Under the pieces are notes generated by a model. The model worked only from the letters and a program-made list of their open reading frames with translations, made no database searches and was not told where the DNA came from. This document shows, one piece after another, positions 8,658 through 18,367 of a stretch of DNA of 64,000 nt (its first letter is position 1; each line of letters begins with the position of its first letter). Source of the stretch: an uncultured Planctomycetales bacterium. GTDB taxonomy: Bacteria; Omnitrophota; Gorgyraeia; Zapsychrales; Fredricksoniimonadaceae. The stretch lies in NCBI GenBank assembly GCA_964583975.1, contig CAZOXU010000010.1, positions 9,779 to 73,778 of the forward strand. The letters are read 5' to 3'. Position numbers and translations under genes: made by a program.

Positions 8658-10883
8658 ATGAAATATAAAAATCTTACAAGAATTTTAATACTGTCCTTTG
8701 GGATGTTCTTTTTGTCTTCCAATATTTATGCTGCAGTGAATAACATGTCAGTGGTGCCGTTATTCGAAACTAAACGACCCGTCAAAACATGTAATCAAAA
8801 AGTAGTTTTCGCTAATACCTATCCGGAAGGAGTTACGCCAAGCGCACTATATTATCTGTTGGCTTGGAAAAATCCTGCCGTACCAATGCCAGCAGCCTGT
8901 TTAAGAGCCCCTGATCTTTTTGATAATTGGGGAACGGGTGCGATGTGTAAAGATAGGTTTATGGTGCTTGGAAACTCATTGCCGGAAAAATATTTAGTCC
9001 AAGCTAATCTTATGTCAGGATTTCCTAGTTTTTATTTAATGGCCATAGCTTTTACTAATCAAGATGTGTCATATTCAGTACCTCTTGCTATAGATACCAA
9101 TACAGATCCTGCAGCATGTACTTCTGGAGCGCCAATTCAATACTTGGTTCCTGGTAATGGTCTTCCAGCTTCACTTAATTTGGGCTTACAGGGAGCCCCA
9201 TCAAATCGTTATTACACTAGAAAGGTCGTCGGACGTGTTGTCCCATTGGAAGATTATATTATAGGGGGAACATTGAGCGATGGCTCTGTTGTTCCATCTG
9301 AAGTCGAGTTAAGTGTTGTTGCTTTCCATCCCGCTGGAATTGCCTACGTTGATTTTATTAATATATCAAGGGATCATCCAGCGGAAGCTGGATACAGAAG
9401 AGTTTATACAAAAACGATCGATTCTCATGGTATTGAGGCCTATGTTGTCAAAGCGAGATCTGCAGATCTTCTTGCTGGAGGCAACGATATAAAGATTGTT
9501 ATAGTGCCTAATGTTGGAGAAAAGTTGGTTATAGGTAATGATCTAACACCTGCTACAGCCGAAGACGGTACGGCAAAAATAACTATTTTTAATAATAAGC
9601 CAAATTCCTTGGGAGTTCAACCATTGCCTAGAACTAAAATTGCTATTCTTCCAGGGGGCGGTTATTCCTATGTATTTGATCTATCAACCCTTAACGCACC
9701 TGTTTGCGGAAGTGTATCTCGTCCTTGTAATAATATGGGGAGCGCTATAGAAGCAGCCAGAAGAGCAGCTTATATTTCTGGATTCGGGAACGATCTAAAA
9801 GGTGCTTATCTATATTATGTTGGACCAGGAACGGATACTTTTGGAGCTGTCCAAAACTACGGTAATCATACAGATGCCAGCTATCCTTTAATTATTCAAG
9901 GATTTGGAAATAAAAAGACAGTATTTGATAGAACCGCTTTAAATCCTAATGTTAATGCTTCTTTCTGGGGACAAATGGAACACGTCATCATTAAAAACGT
10001 GACTCTTAAACATCCTGGATTAGGAGAAGGACCTACTCCTGGTCTGCCAATCATACAGAGCGCCGGTATGCAATCTATAAGAAGATTGACCTTAGTCGAT
10101 GTTTATGCCAAGGGTCGAGGTATAAATCCTCCTGACTGTAATAGAATTGGCTATAGCCCAGCAGCTAGCGAAGTTGGTTTTGGCGCTGGAGGAATCGTAG
10201 AATTCAATGCCATTCGCTATTATAAAGAAAGTAACAGAGAAAATAGTTCAAGGACAAATTCTCTCTGGGCTTTTATATCCAATCATTCAGGAATAGCATT
10301 TAATGACAAGGGTATTTTCAATAGTGGAGTGTCTAATATTACAGGTGGAGAAGGAATAATTACATACTGTACTAATGATATGCCGCATCCAGACCAGAAT
10401 TATAATACACTAGGCAACCATGTTACTTCAGGTTTTTATGGGCTTGAAACAGCGTCCGGATCAACTCGCGCCCAAGGGCTTTTTATACCTTCACCTACGC
10501 ATGATGCACGAGGAGGTTATTTTCAAAATGGTCATTATAGTTCTCCAGGTAATAACGCTTTAATGCTTGGGAGTATATTTGATGTGGACTTTGTAGATAG
10601 TGAGTTTTTGGGTACCAATGGTAATCCATTAGAAAGCGGTAAAAGGTTTCAATCTACGGATAGCAGTGCGGCGAATGCTGCACACTATGATCCAACGTAT
10701 GCTTCTAATCCAAATAAAGGAGTAAGATTTTGGAATTCTTTAGAACCCCTTGCTGGTTCTACACAACTAGCTCCATTCCCATATTCTCAAGGAGCTACTC
10801 AAGTAAACGTCCCTTCACTTTATAATAACGCTGAACACACCTATACATCTGCCATCTATGTTGATTATACGGATAACCCATAG
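8658..10883 (+). CDS. secreted protein, paralog 1 of a three-member family with a predicted pectin-lyase-fold / parallel beta-helix
   Basis: 741 aa with an N-terminal signal peptide (ILILSFGMFFLSSNIYA). It shares domain order and motifs with the next two genes: VPL..(CN)QK, VPGNGL, SNRxY..K(V/P)(V/L)(G/A)R(V/W), a CG...PC..M.(S/G)AI-type N-cap, NNK. AAAGGA RBS. Confidence 0.7.
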   Translation: MKYKNLTRILILSFGMFFLSSNIYAAVNNMSVVPLFETKRPVKTCNQKVVFANTYPEGVTPSALYYLLAWKNPAVPMPAACLRAPDLFDNWGTGAMCKDRFMVLGNSLPEKYLVQANLMSGFPSFYLMAIAFTNQDVSYSVPLAIDTNTDPAACTSGAPIQYLVPGNGLPASLNLGLQGAPSNRYYTRKVVGRVVPLEDYIIGGTLSDGSVVPSEVELSVVAFHPAGIAYVDFINISRDHPAEAGYRRVYTKTIDSHGIEAYVVKARSADLLAGGNDIKIVIVPNVGEKLVIGNDLTPATAEDGTAKITIFNNKPNSLGVQPLPRTKIAILPGGGYSYVFDLSTLNAPVCGSVSRPCNNMGSAIEAARRAAYISGFGNDLKGAYLYYVGPGTDTFGAVQNYGNHTDASYPLIIQGFGNKKTVFDRTALNPNVNASFWGQMEHVIIKNVTLKHPGLGEGPTPGLPIIQSAGMQSIRRLTLVDVYAKGRGINPPDCNRIGYSPAASEVGFGAGGIVEFNAIRYYKESNRENSSRTNSLWAFISNHSGIAFNDKGIFNSGVSNITGGEGIITYCTNDMPHPDQNYNTLGNHVTSGFYGLETASGSTRAQGLFIPSPTHDARGGYFQNGHYSSPGNNALMLGSIFDVDFVDSEFLGTNGNPLESGKRFQSTDSSAANAAHYDPTYASNPNKGVRFWNSLEPLAGSTQLAPFPYSQGATQVNVPSLYNNAEHTYTSAIYVDYTDNP

Positions 10884-10911
10884 AGGTTTTAAGATTTTAA
10901 GGAGCATAAAA

Positions 10912-12972
10912 ATGCAAAACAGCAAATTAGTCAAATATTCTTATATAACTATAGCTGCAATTTGCTTGTCATTGTTATTTGCTAGCCCAAGCTTTGCGGT
11001 GGATCGAAATGATTTAGAGTTGTTGCCACTTGTGGATTCTAATAATATTGAAGCCTGTGGGCAAAAAATTAATAGTGTGATTGACTATAAAGTTGAAAAC
11101 TTAGAGGTGAGCAAGACTTTTTTATTTGCAGCTATAGATGATGGTACTATGCCTCAGATATGTAAGGACAATCCGTCAGGAAGTTCTCCAACGGGAGTTC
11201 CATGTGTTTATCGATTTCCTTATCAAGCTGAATTAGGTGATTCGCATATGCTTAGATTTTTAGCCCAAAATCAACCGAATGTCTATCTTTTTGTAGCTGG
11301 TTTAATCAATGCAAGTGAGGACAGAGTTTATTCTAAAGTGAAATCTTATAGATTTACGCCTTGTACACATACAACTCCAATGGTTAATATAGTTCCAGGA
11401 AATGGTTCGTTCACTGAAGATACCGTAGCCCCTCGTGGAAACGCATCGAATCGTTTATATAGTGTGAAACCACTTGCTAGATGGATTTCTTCAAATTATG
11501 GAATTTTTGGTGATGCTGAAAGCTCGAGCGAATTTGTTGTCAGTGTCGCAACTCGTGCCGATAACATTGAAAAAGTGGTGTTTGAAGTAAGAGATGTTAA
11601 TGATCATATCGGGCACGTAAATGTGCTAGCTTCACAAAAACGCATTGACCTAGAGGCAGGAGTTGAAGCTTATGTTGCAAAAATAAACAAAAATGCTTTC
11701 GATGCTGGAAAATTAACCATAAGAGCTTTTGTTATTCCAACCGTTGGGCTGCCTCTTAGCATGAGCGGTCCCTTGACTAGCCCGACACAAAGAAGTACGG
11801 ATGAACATGAAATATCTGTTTATAACAATAAGGATTCTAGCATTGTCAGGAAACATTTTTATATTGAAACCACTGGAGCAGACGTGGCAGGGTGTGGAAC
11901 TTTGGCGTTTCCTTGCGCAACGATGAATGGTGCAATTGATAAAGCTATGAATGCTGGAGTGACTGATTTTTCAGGTGCAACCTTGCATTTTGGTGAAGGA
12001 ACCTTTGCCTATGGTTGTACAGATCGGCGCTATCCAGGTCCACATACGGATAAGGCCACTATGATTTTTGAAGGGAAAATGACATCCAATGGTAAGAAAT
12101 TAACAACGATTAATCGAGGACTTGATTTGTCTCCGTGGGGTTGGAATGGTCAACAAATCACCGCGGTAACAAAAGCCGTATTTAAGAATTTTCTTATACG
12201 AAAAGATCCAACTAGTTCAAATCCTAGGGCAGCTATTATAGGAATAGGGGATAATTATGGTGTAGACACATCATTTTTAGTGGAGAATATTGATTTTAAA
12301 GGCTTGGGCAGAAATCCTGGAACATGCTTAACTGAAAATCTTCCATTTTCAGCAATATATGCAGAAATTCGAGATTCTTATATGGCTGGTTTCCAAGGAA
12401 ATGGAGCAGGGGAAAAAAATATTAGAAATTTTGTTTCCTGTTCTAGTATTGCATATTCTAATTCTGCAACAATTTTAAATTCTGCAGCGAAGGTGGATCA
12501 AACGGTTGGAGGTTGTACTATTCCTGGAAGCAGTCCACATGGCGATCTTATGAAATCATATAACGGGCATTTATATGTGAATGGATTCTGGTCTACACTA
12601 GAATCCTTAATTGTCTCTCAAGGACTATTTATTCAAGATTCTGATGTTGATATTAATAATGTTCATGTGACAGTGGGTGGGCCTAATGAACCTTCAATAG
12701 CAGCTGCTTTTTTATTTGGAAAACCAGATGGAGCTCCTGTTACAAATGTTACTTTTAGAAATAGCACTTTTGACAATGGGCCACGAAGAAATACCAGACT
12801 CGAAGCAGGGTTAGGAGCCTATCCTGGGACATCTGTAATAAGATTTATAAATACTCCTGGGGATAGCAACACGCCTTTTCTAGTGCCGGATAATGCGCAT
12901 ACTTGGGCCAATACATCATCAAATCCTTATTATTCCTCAGCGAGCGGTTTGGAATACTCTAGAGAGCAATAG
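10912..12972 (+). CDS. secreted protein, paralog 2 (parallel beta-helix-like)
   Basis: Start trimmed to the ATG at 10912, preceded by an AAGGAG RBS. Signal peptide present. Closest paralog is the third gene (HVGHVNVLASQKRID, KKDPTS(S/P)NPR, GLGR(N/D)PGTCL(T/S)E). Confidence 0.75.
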   Translation: MQNSKLVKYSYITIAAICLSLLFASPSFAVDRNDLELLPLVDSNNIEACGQKINSVIDYKVENLEVSKTFLFAAIDDGTMPQICKDNPSGSSPTGVPCVYRFPYQAELGDSHMLRFLAQNQPNVYLFVAGLINASEDRVYSKVKSYRFTPCTHTTPMVNIVPGNGSFTEDTVAPRGNASNRLYSVKPLARWISSNYGIFGDAESSSEFVVSVATRADNIEKVVFEVRDVNDHIGHVNVLASQKRIDLEAGVEAYVAKINKNAFDAGKLTIRAFVIPTVGLPLSMSGPLTSPTQRSTDEHEISVYNNKDSSIVRKHFYIETTGADVAGCGTLAFPCATMNGAIDKAMNAGVTDFSGATLHFGEGTFAYGCTDRRYPGPHTDKATMIFEGKMTSNGKKLTTINRGLDLSPWGWNGQQITAVTKAVFKNFLIRKDPTSSNPRAAIIGIGDNYGVDTSFLVENIDFKGLGRNPGTCLTENLPFSAIYAEIRDSYMAGFQGNGAGEKNIRNFVSCSSIAYSNSATILNSAAKVDQTVGGCTIPGSSPHGDLMKSYNGHLYVNGFWSTLESLIVSQGLFIQDSDVDINNVHVTVGGPNEPSIAAAFLFGKPDGAPVTNVTFRNSTFDNGPRRNTRLEAGLGAYPGTSVIRFINTPGDSNTPFLVPDNAHTWANTSSNPYYSSASGLEYSREQ

Positions 12973-13010
12973 GTAAAATTTTATGATGCATGTCAAGGCT
13001 TTGGGAGTAT

Positions 13011-13058
13011 TCTTAAGAAAACGGTTTCCATTGTCGACAAATATGTAAAGATTTGATT
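13011..13058 (+). promoter_or_regulatory. conserved roughly 47 nt element upstream of secreted paralog 3
   Basis: CAAGGCTTTGGGAGTATTCTTAAGAAAACGGTTTCCATTGTCGACAAA. See 8497-8543. Confidence 0.5.
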
Positions 13059-13181
13059 AAAATTCGGCCTCAAATTTGACTTTGACAACCAGGCATGTTA
13101 TGGTTGCCATAAGAGCAGTTAAAAGGCATACATACGATAATATTATAAGGAAGGTAAACTAAATTTTTGGGGGAGATTAAA

Positions 13182-15218
13182 ATGCTAATAAAGAACCTAA
13201 TCAGAAGCTCTTACATGACAATAGCTGCGTTTTGTTTGTCTTTGTCATTGACCAGCTTAAGTTATGCGGATTTAGAACTTGTTCCTTTGTTAGATTCAGA
13301 ACATATTAAAGCATGCAATCAAAAAGCAACCTTCATTGTTCATAATAATACTGAAAATGAAACGCCCGGCCTAACGGTTTTATTTATGGCCTTTGCTGGA
13401 ACTGTTTCAGAACAATGTTTAGCTAATCCTTACGCAGGAAACTGTGTAAATTCATATCCGTACAGGCTAGTGTTAAACAATAGTGGTTTATACACAATCC
13501 CAGCTGCACATCTCCCTAATTTAGTACTATGGGTTGGGCAAGTATTAACTAGCACCGCAAATCCAACACCACATGTGGCAGTTTCAAAAACTGTAAACTT
13601 TAATTTTGAAGCATGCCCATATGATCCAACAACAATTACTAAGGTAATCCCAGGCAATGGATTATCAACAGAAAATGTCACGCTTCCTCGTGGAAGTGGC
13701 CGATTGGCTAATAAACGGGTCGTAGCCAGATGGCTTTCCAAAATGAACCAAATCTTTGGCGACTCAGTATCTCGTGATAAATTTACAATTTCTGTAGGCA
13801 CACGAAAATCGGATGTATCAAAGGTTGTCGTAGAAGTTAGTGATTCTACAGGGCATGTTGGTCATTTAGACATTCTGGCTTCTCAAAAACGTATTGATCC
13901 AGATACAGGAATTTGGGCCTATGTAACAGAAATAGATAAGAATGATTGGGCTGCTGGCGATATAACCATAAAAGCAAAGGTTATTCCTACCAATGGCATA
14001 CCTTTTGTCATGGCTGGTTCTTTTGCTGCAGCAAGTAATACACAAAGATTAGACAATGAATTTGAATTGAAGATAGTTAACAATAAAAACAATGCTATCC
14101 CAAGATTAACTCACTTTGTAAATGCCAATGGTTCTGATACTCCAACATGCGGAACTACTCAAACTAATGCTTGCGCTAGTATGGATGGAGCTATCAAAAG
14201 CTTCCATAATCTTTATCCCAACAGTAAGTACGATGGTTGGAAAATTAAATTTGGTCCAGGAAATAACTTTGTATGGGGGTCAAATTATACCTACCTAGGT
14301 CCTCAAACAGAAAAAGTAGGATTTTTAGTCGAAGGGACCTTGTCTGATCTTGGTGAAAAACAGACAGTCTTTACCAGAGCAGTTGATTTAACCTCTGCGG
14401 GATATCCAGGCAATATATTGCTCACATCAATGGTAGAGGTGAAGGATGTAAAGTTTAAGAAAGACCCAACCTCTCCTAATCCGCGATCTTCCATTGTTGG
14501 TCCGTCTTGGGGTGGGTATCTTGGTTTAGAAAATGTGGAATGGATTGGTTTAGGGCGAGATCCAGGCACATGTTTATCTGAAGGATTTAGTACCACCGGC
14601 CTTATCGATGCAAGAAGACTAATGCTTAAAAATTCTTTAACTAATGGACAGTTCTTTAGTGTTGTTCAAAGTGCTGTTCTTGCTAACTCAAGCATTAGTT
14701 TTATTGACTTTTCATGGCTTGCTGGTGCAACTAGCCAGGTCAATCATGATGTCATTAATTGCCCTCCCAATGGAAATCCCCATGGTGATAAAGTAAAGCT
14801 TCAAGGCGGACATGGAGCTATATGGGGCTATAAGGATGGGAAAACCTTCGTCAATCATGCCCAAGGCTTATTTTTACAGGGCAATGATATATTGGTAGAA
14901 GACTCCTACGTTAGAATGGGTGATCCTGGTCAGCCTGCTATAGGAGGTAATCTATTTTTAGCAAATTATTCTGGAGGCTTCTTAGATAATATTCTTATGG
15001 ATAATGTTAAGACTGATGCTGGATGGACCAGATATGGTTGGATGGAAGGTGGTTATGGGCCGTTACCAACCAATAATGTTATAAAGTGTAATAACTGTAC
15101 TTTGTCTACTTATCCTAACGAGCCAGGAGGCACGTTACCTTCACAATCTGTATCGATAGGTGCGTGGAACTATGTATCACCCTATACGGGTGTTGAATAT
15201 TCAACAAGCAGTAATTAA
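13182..15218 (+). CDS. secreted protein, paralog 3 (parallel beta-helix-like)
   Basis: Start trimmed to the ATG at 13182 (GGGGAG RBS). Signal peptide present. Conserved blocks shared with paralog 2 throughout. Confidence 0.75.
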   Translation: MLIKNLIRSSYMTIAAFCLSLSLTSLSYADLELVPLLDSEHIKACNQKATFIVHNNTENETPGLTVLFMAFAGTVSEQCLANPYAGNCVNSYPYRLVLNNSGLYTIPAAHLPNLVLWVGQVLTSTANPTPHVAVSKTVNFNFEACPYDPTTITKVIPGNGLSTENVTLPRGSGRLANKRVVARWLSKMNQIFGDSVSRDKFTISVGTRKSDVSKVVVEVSDSTGHVGHLDILASQKRIDPDTGIWAYVTEIDKNDWAAGDITIKAKVIPTNGIPFVMAGSFAAASNTQRLDNEFELKIVNNKNNAIPRLTHFVNANGSDTPTCGTTQTNACASMDGAIKSFHNLYPNSKYDGWKIKFGPGNNFVWGSNYTYLGPQTEKVGFLVEGTLSDLGEKQTVFTRAVDLTSAGYPGNILLTSMVEVKDVKFKKDPTSPNPRSSIVGPSWGGYLGLENVEWIGLGRDPGTCLSEGFSTTGLIDARRLMLKNSLTNGQFFSVVQSAVLANSSISFIDFSWLAGATSQVNHDVINCPPNGNPHGDKVKLQGGHGAIWGYKDGKTFVNHAQGLFLQGNDILVEDSYVRMGDPGQPAIGGNLFLANYSGGFLDNILMDNVKTDAGWTRYGWMEGGYGPLPTNNVIKCNNCTLSTYPNEPGGTLPSQSVSIGAWNYVSPYTGVEYSTSSN

Positions 15219-15244
15219 TAGGGATTGAGTTATAAAAAATAATT

Positions 15245-15279
15245 AAGCCGGCCTTATTTAAGGTCGGCTTTTCTTTTTG
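15245..15279. terminator. bidirectional rho-independent terminator between convergent paralog 3 and nuoN
   Basis: AAGCCGGCC-ttatttaa-GGTCGGCTT flanked by an A-run upstream (AAAAAATAATT) and a T-run downstream (TTCTTTTTGT). Confidence 0.7.
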
Positions 15280-15292
15280 TATCTGTAAATTT

Positions 15293-16741
15293 TTATCGAG
15301 TTAAATACATTCCTTTAACAGCAGCAATCGTAGCTTCGAAAAACGGTCCTTGGAAGATACCAATGACAACGATGCCTAGCATGGCCAAGCCCAGCAGCCA
15401 GCGCATGGGAACGGAGACCACAATAGGTGTATTGTGGCGAGGAGGTTCATCGACATAAAGACGTCGAGCGACCATCAAATAGTAGTAAAGTGAAATGACG
15501 ATATTAACAACAGCTACGATGGCCAACCACATATAGCCGCTTTGGACAGTTGCCATCAACAGTGTAAACTTACCAAAGAATCCAGCCAATGGTGGAACCC
15601 CAGCCAGAGAAACTAAAGCCAACAAAAGAGCAGCACCTAAAATCCCTGAACGTCGAGCCAGTCCAGTGTAATCTTGGATCTCATCCGACTTGGTTGCCAC
15701 AAAAAAGAGCACAATGACTAAGAAGGCGGCCATGTTGGTAAACAAGTATCCTAATAAATAATAATTCATGGCCGAGGCGCCTAGCACGCTTCCTGCAGCA
15801 GCCCCCATCAATAAATATCCAGCGTGAGAGATCGAAGAATAACCTAAAAGACGTTTGATATTCGTTTGGAACATGGCAACCAGATTACCATAGGTCATGG
15901 TGACAGCAGCCAGGGCAGCCAGCATCAAGCCCCATTCTTGATGCCAGGGAGCCAGAATACCAAAGAAGATGCGAATCAGGGCCACAAAGCCAGCTGCCTT
16001 AGAACCAACCGATAAAAGAGCAGTGACTGGGGTAGGTGCGCCTTGATAAACATCAGGAACCCACATGTGAAACGGTACAGCTGCAATCTTAAATCCAATA
16101 CCTGCGACCACGAGCACTAATCCAAAGAGCATCATAGGTCCCATTGAATGAATACTGACATATTGTAAAATCGCATCAAAGCGAGTTGAGCCAGTAACGC
16201 CATAAAGAAAACAGATACCATACAGTAAGAAGCCCGAAGATAAGGCTCCCAGGATTAAATATTTCATACCAGCTTCGATCGAGAGCTTATCACTTTTAAG
16301 ATAGGCTGTTGTGACATACAAAGAGATACTAAGAATTTCAATCGAGATAAACAGCATGAGAAAGTCTGCGGAAGAGGCAACCAGACACATACCAAGAAGG
16401 GCGAGCCACAATAAAAGGTAGAATTCTCCTCGACGGCTGCCTAACGATTTAAAGTATTCTTGGGTCATCCCAAAGACAAAGAGCATAGCCGTTAAGAAGA
16501 GCGCTTTAAAGAACCAGGCCAGTGAATCCATGACAAACATGCCGCTGAACGTAGAACCAACCAGCGATTGCTTTGTAAACCAGAAACACAGCAGGCCAAT
16601 GGTCGCAAGCACGCTTAAGATACCAAGCGTGTCACGGGTTTCATCCTTGGGTGTAAACATTTCAATAAGTGTCAAACCCACAAGGATGCAGGTAATCAGC
16701 GATTCTAAGGAAAATAAATTCCAATCAATGACGGGAAACAT
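15293..16741 (-). CDS. nuoN: NADH-quinone oxidoreductase subunit N
   Basis: 482 aa antiporter-like membrane subunit, last gene of the - strand J-K-L-M-N run. Confidence 0.88.
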   Translation of the reverse strand: MFPVIDWNLFSLESLITCILVGLTLIEMFTPKDETRDTLGILSVLATIGLLCFWFTKQSLVGSTFSGMFVMDSLAWFFKALFLTAMLFVFGMTQEYFKSLGSRRGEFYLLLWLALLGMCLVASSADFLMLFISIEILSISLYVTTAYLKSDKLSIEAGMKYLILGALSSGFLLYGICFLYGVTGSTRFDAILQYVSIHSMGPMMLFGLVLVVAGIGFKIAAVPFHMWVPDVYQGAPTPVTALLSVGSKAAGFVALIRIFFGILAPWHQEWGLMLAALAAVTMTYGNLVAMFQTNIKRLLGYSSISHAGYLLMGAAAGSVLGASAMNYYLLGYLFTNMAAFLVIVLFFVATKSDEIQDYTGLARRSGILGAALLLALVSLAGVPPLAGFFGKFTLLMATVQSGYMWLAIVAVVNIVISLYYYLMVARRLYVDEPPRHNTPIVVSVPMRWLLGLAMLGIVVIGIFQGPFFEATIAAVKGMYLTR

Positions 16742-16763
16742 ATTATTTAATCTTTCTTGTACA

Positions 16764-16790
16764 GGGCAGGCACAGAGGCCTGCCCCTACG
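16764..16790. repeat. REP-like element, family A, second hairpin only, copy 2 (nuoM-nuoN intergenic)
   Basis: GGGCAGGCACAGAGGCCTGCCCCTACG, 26/27 identical to copies 1 and 3. It fills most of the 52 nt gap inside the nuoJKLMN transcription unit. Confidence 0.8.
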
Positions 16791-16793
16791 TAA

Positions 16794-18272
16794 TTATTTC
16801 TGCAATATGACAGCTATGGGTTTGGTGCTTTTCTCGATATGTTTAATTAATGTCGATGGAAAACAACCAACCCAAATTAAGACAATCAATAATAAAATAT
16901 AAGGAAATCGACCTGCTAAGCCTTGAGCATCTACCAATTTATCCATTTTAGGCCCTAAAGGTCCCTGTAAGCCTAAGCGGATGATTTTAAGCATATAGAT
17001 AGCGCCAAGCACAATACCTAGAACAGCTAAGACGGTCAGCCAGCGATATTGATCCCAAGCGCCGAGCAACACCAACACTTCAGCAACGAAATTAGCAAAT
17101 CCTGGAACCCCTGCTGAAGCCAAGGCGACCATCATAAAGCAGGTAGAGATAAAAGGCATGCGTTTGGCAATACCGCCTAATTCATCCAAATTGCGCGTAC
17201 GTGTTTGATCTTCAATAAATCCTGTTAAGGCAAAGGCTAGGGTTGCCATAATCCCGTGGGCAAACATTAAGAACACCACCCCATTAAGGCCAATGACGTT
17301 ATAGCAAGCCAGACCTAATAGAATATAGCCCATGTGGCTGCAGCTCGAATACCCTAAGATATATTTGATATCGCGCTGGGTTAAGGCAATCAAACCACAG
17401 AAAAGAATGTTGACGATGGCTAAGGTGGCAATGATTGGCATCCAGGTATGGGCCGCATCAGGCATTAACTGGATGGCAAAACGGATAATGGCATAAGCGC
17501 CCATTTTCTTAAGTACACCGGCGTGTAACATGCTTACAGTTGTAGGTGCTTCAGCATATCCTACAGGGGCCCAGGTATGAAAGGGGAAAAGAGTCAGGGT
17601 GATGCCAAATCCAACCACAATAAATGGGAAGATCCAATTTTGCACAGCCACAGGTAAAGGGTGGCTCGCTAAATGCTGTTGGATGGCGATCAAATCAAAG
17701 GTGCCCAGACCAAGACTTAAATACAGGGCAATTAAACCAATCAAAGCAATCGAGGCACCAGCGGTTAAATATAAGGTAAGTTTCATCGCGGCATAATCAC
17801 GATGCTTCGATCCCCACATGACCATCATTAAGAATACAGGAATAGCAGCAATTTCATGAAAGAAGTAGAAAAAGAAAATGTCAACGGATAAAAAGGCGCC
17901 ATAGGTTCCAATCACGATTAAAAGCAACATGATGAAGTATTCTTTAACGCGATCTTTAATGGCTCCAGAAACCATTACAGAGGTAAATGAAGCGACACCT
18001 AAGAGGACTAGCAGCATGGAGTTAATGCCATCCACCCCTAAATGATAAGAAATTCCTAAAGGTTTGACCCAGGGGATTTTTTCAATGAATTGATAACCAC
18101 CAGCTAAGGGATCGTAGGCCCCAAAGACCAGGACCGATAAAGCAAAAGGCACGAAGGTCGCCCAAAAAGCGATCTTGCGAATTAAATCAGTTTTTGTAGG
18201 CTGGACAAAAAATAATATTCCCAGCCCCACCGTTGGAAGCAAAAGAATCCAAGAAAGAATGTTTGGTATCAT
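16794..18272 (-). CDS. nuoM: NADH-quinone oxidoreductase subunit M
   Basis: 492 aa with NuoM/ND4-like conserved segments. Confidence 0.9.
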   Translation of the reverse strand: MIPNILSWILLLPTVGLGILFFVQPTKTDLIRKIAFWATFVPFALSVLVFGAYDPLAGGYQFIEKIPWVKPLGISYHLGVDGINSMLLVLLGVASFTSVMVSGAIKDRVKEYFIMLLLIVIGTYGAFLSVDIFFFYFFHEIAAIPVFLMMVMWGSKHRDYAAMKLTLYLTAGASIALIGLIALYLSLGLGTFDLIAIQQHLASHPLPVAVQNWIFPFIVVGFGITLTLFPFHTWAPVGYAEAPTTVSMLHAGVLKKMGAYAIIRFAIQLMPDAAHTWMPIIATLAIVNILFCGLIALTQRDIKYILGYSSCSHMGYILLGLACYNVIGLNGVVFLMFAHGIMATLAFALTGFIEDQTRTRNLDELGGIAKRMPFISTCFMMVALASAGVPGFANFVAEVLVLLGAWDQYRWLTVLAVLGIVLGAIYMLKIIRLGLQGPLGPKMDKLVDAQGLAGRFPYILLLIVLIWVGCFPSTLIKHIEKSTKPIAVILQK

Positions 18273-18287
18273 AGAATTTTTATATTT

Positions 18288-18358
18288 GTCATTCTGAGGA
18301 GTGCAACGACGAAGAATCTTAAATCAATTATTAGATCCTTCGCTACGCTCAGGATGAC
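18288..18358. repeat. inverted pair of roughly 28 nt hairpin units in the nuoM-nuoL intergenic region
   Basis: Left unit GTCATTCTGAGGAGTGCAACGACGAAGAATC. Right unit, as reverse complement, GTCATCCTGAGCGTAGCGAAGGATC. Each unit has its own 5 bp stem (ATTCT/AGAAT versus ATCCT/AGGAT) with compensatory changes. Confidence 0.7.
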
Positions 18359-18367
18359 ACGTGTTGA

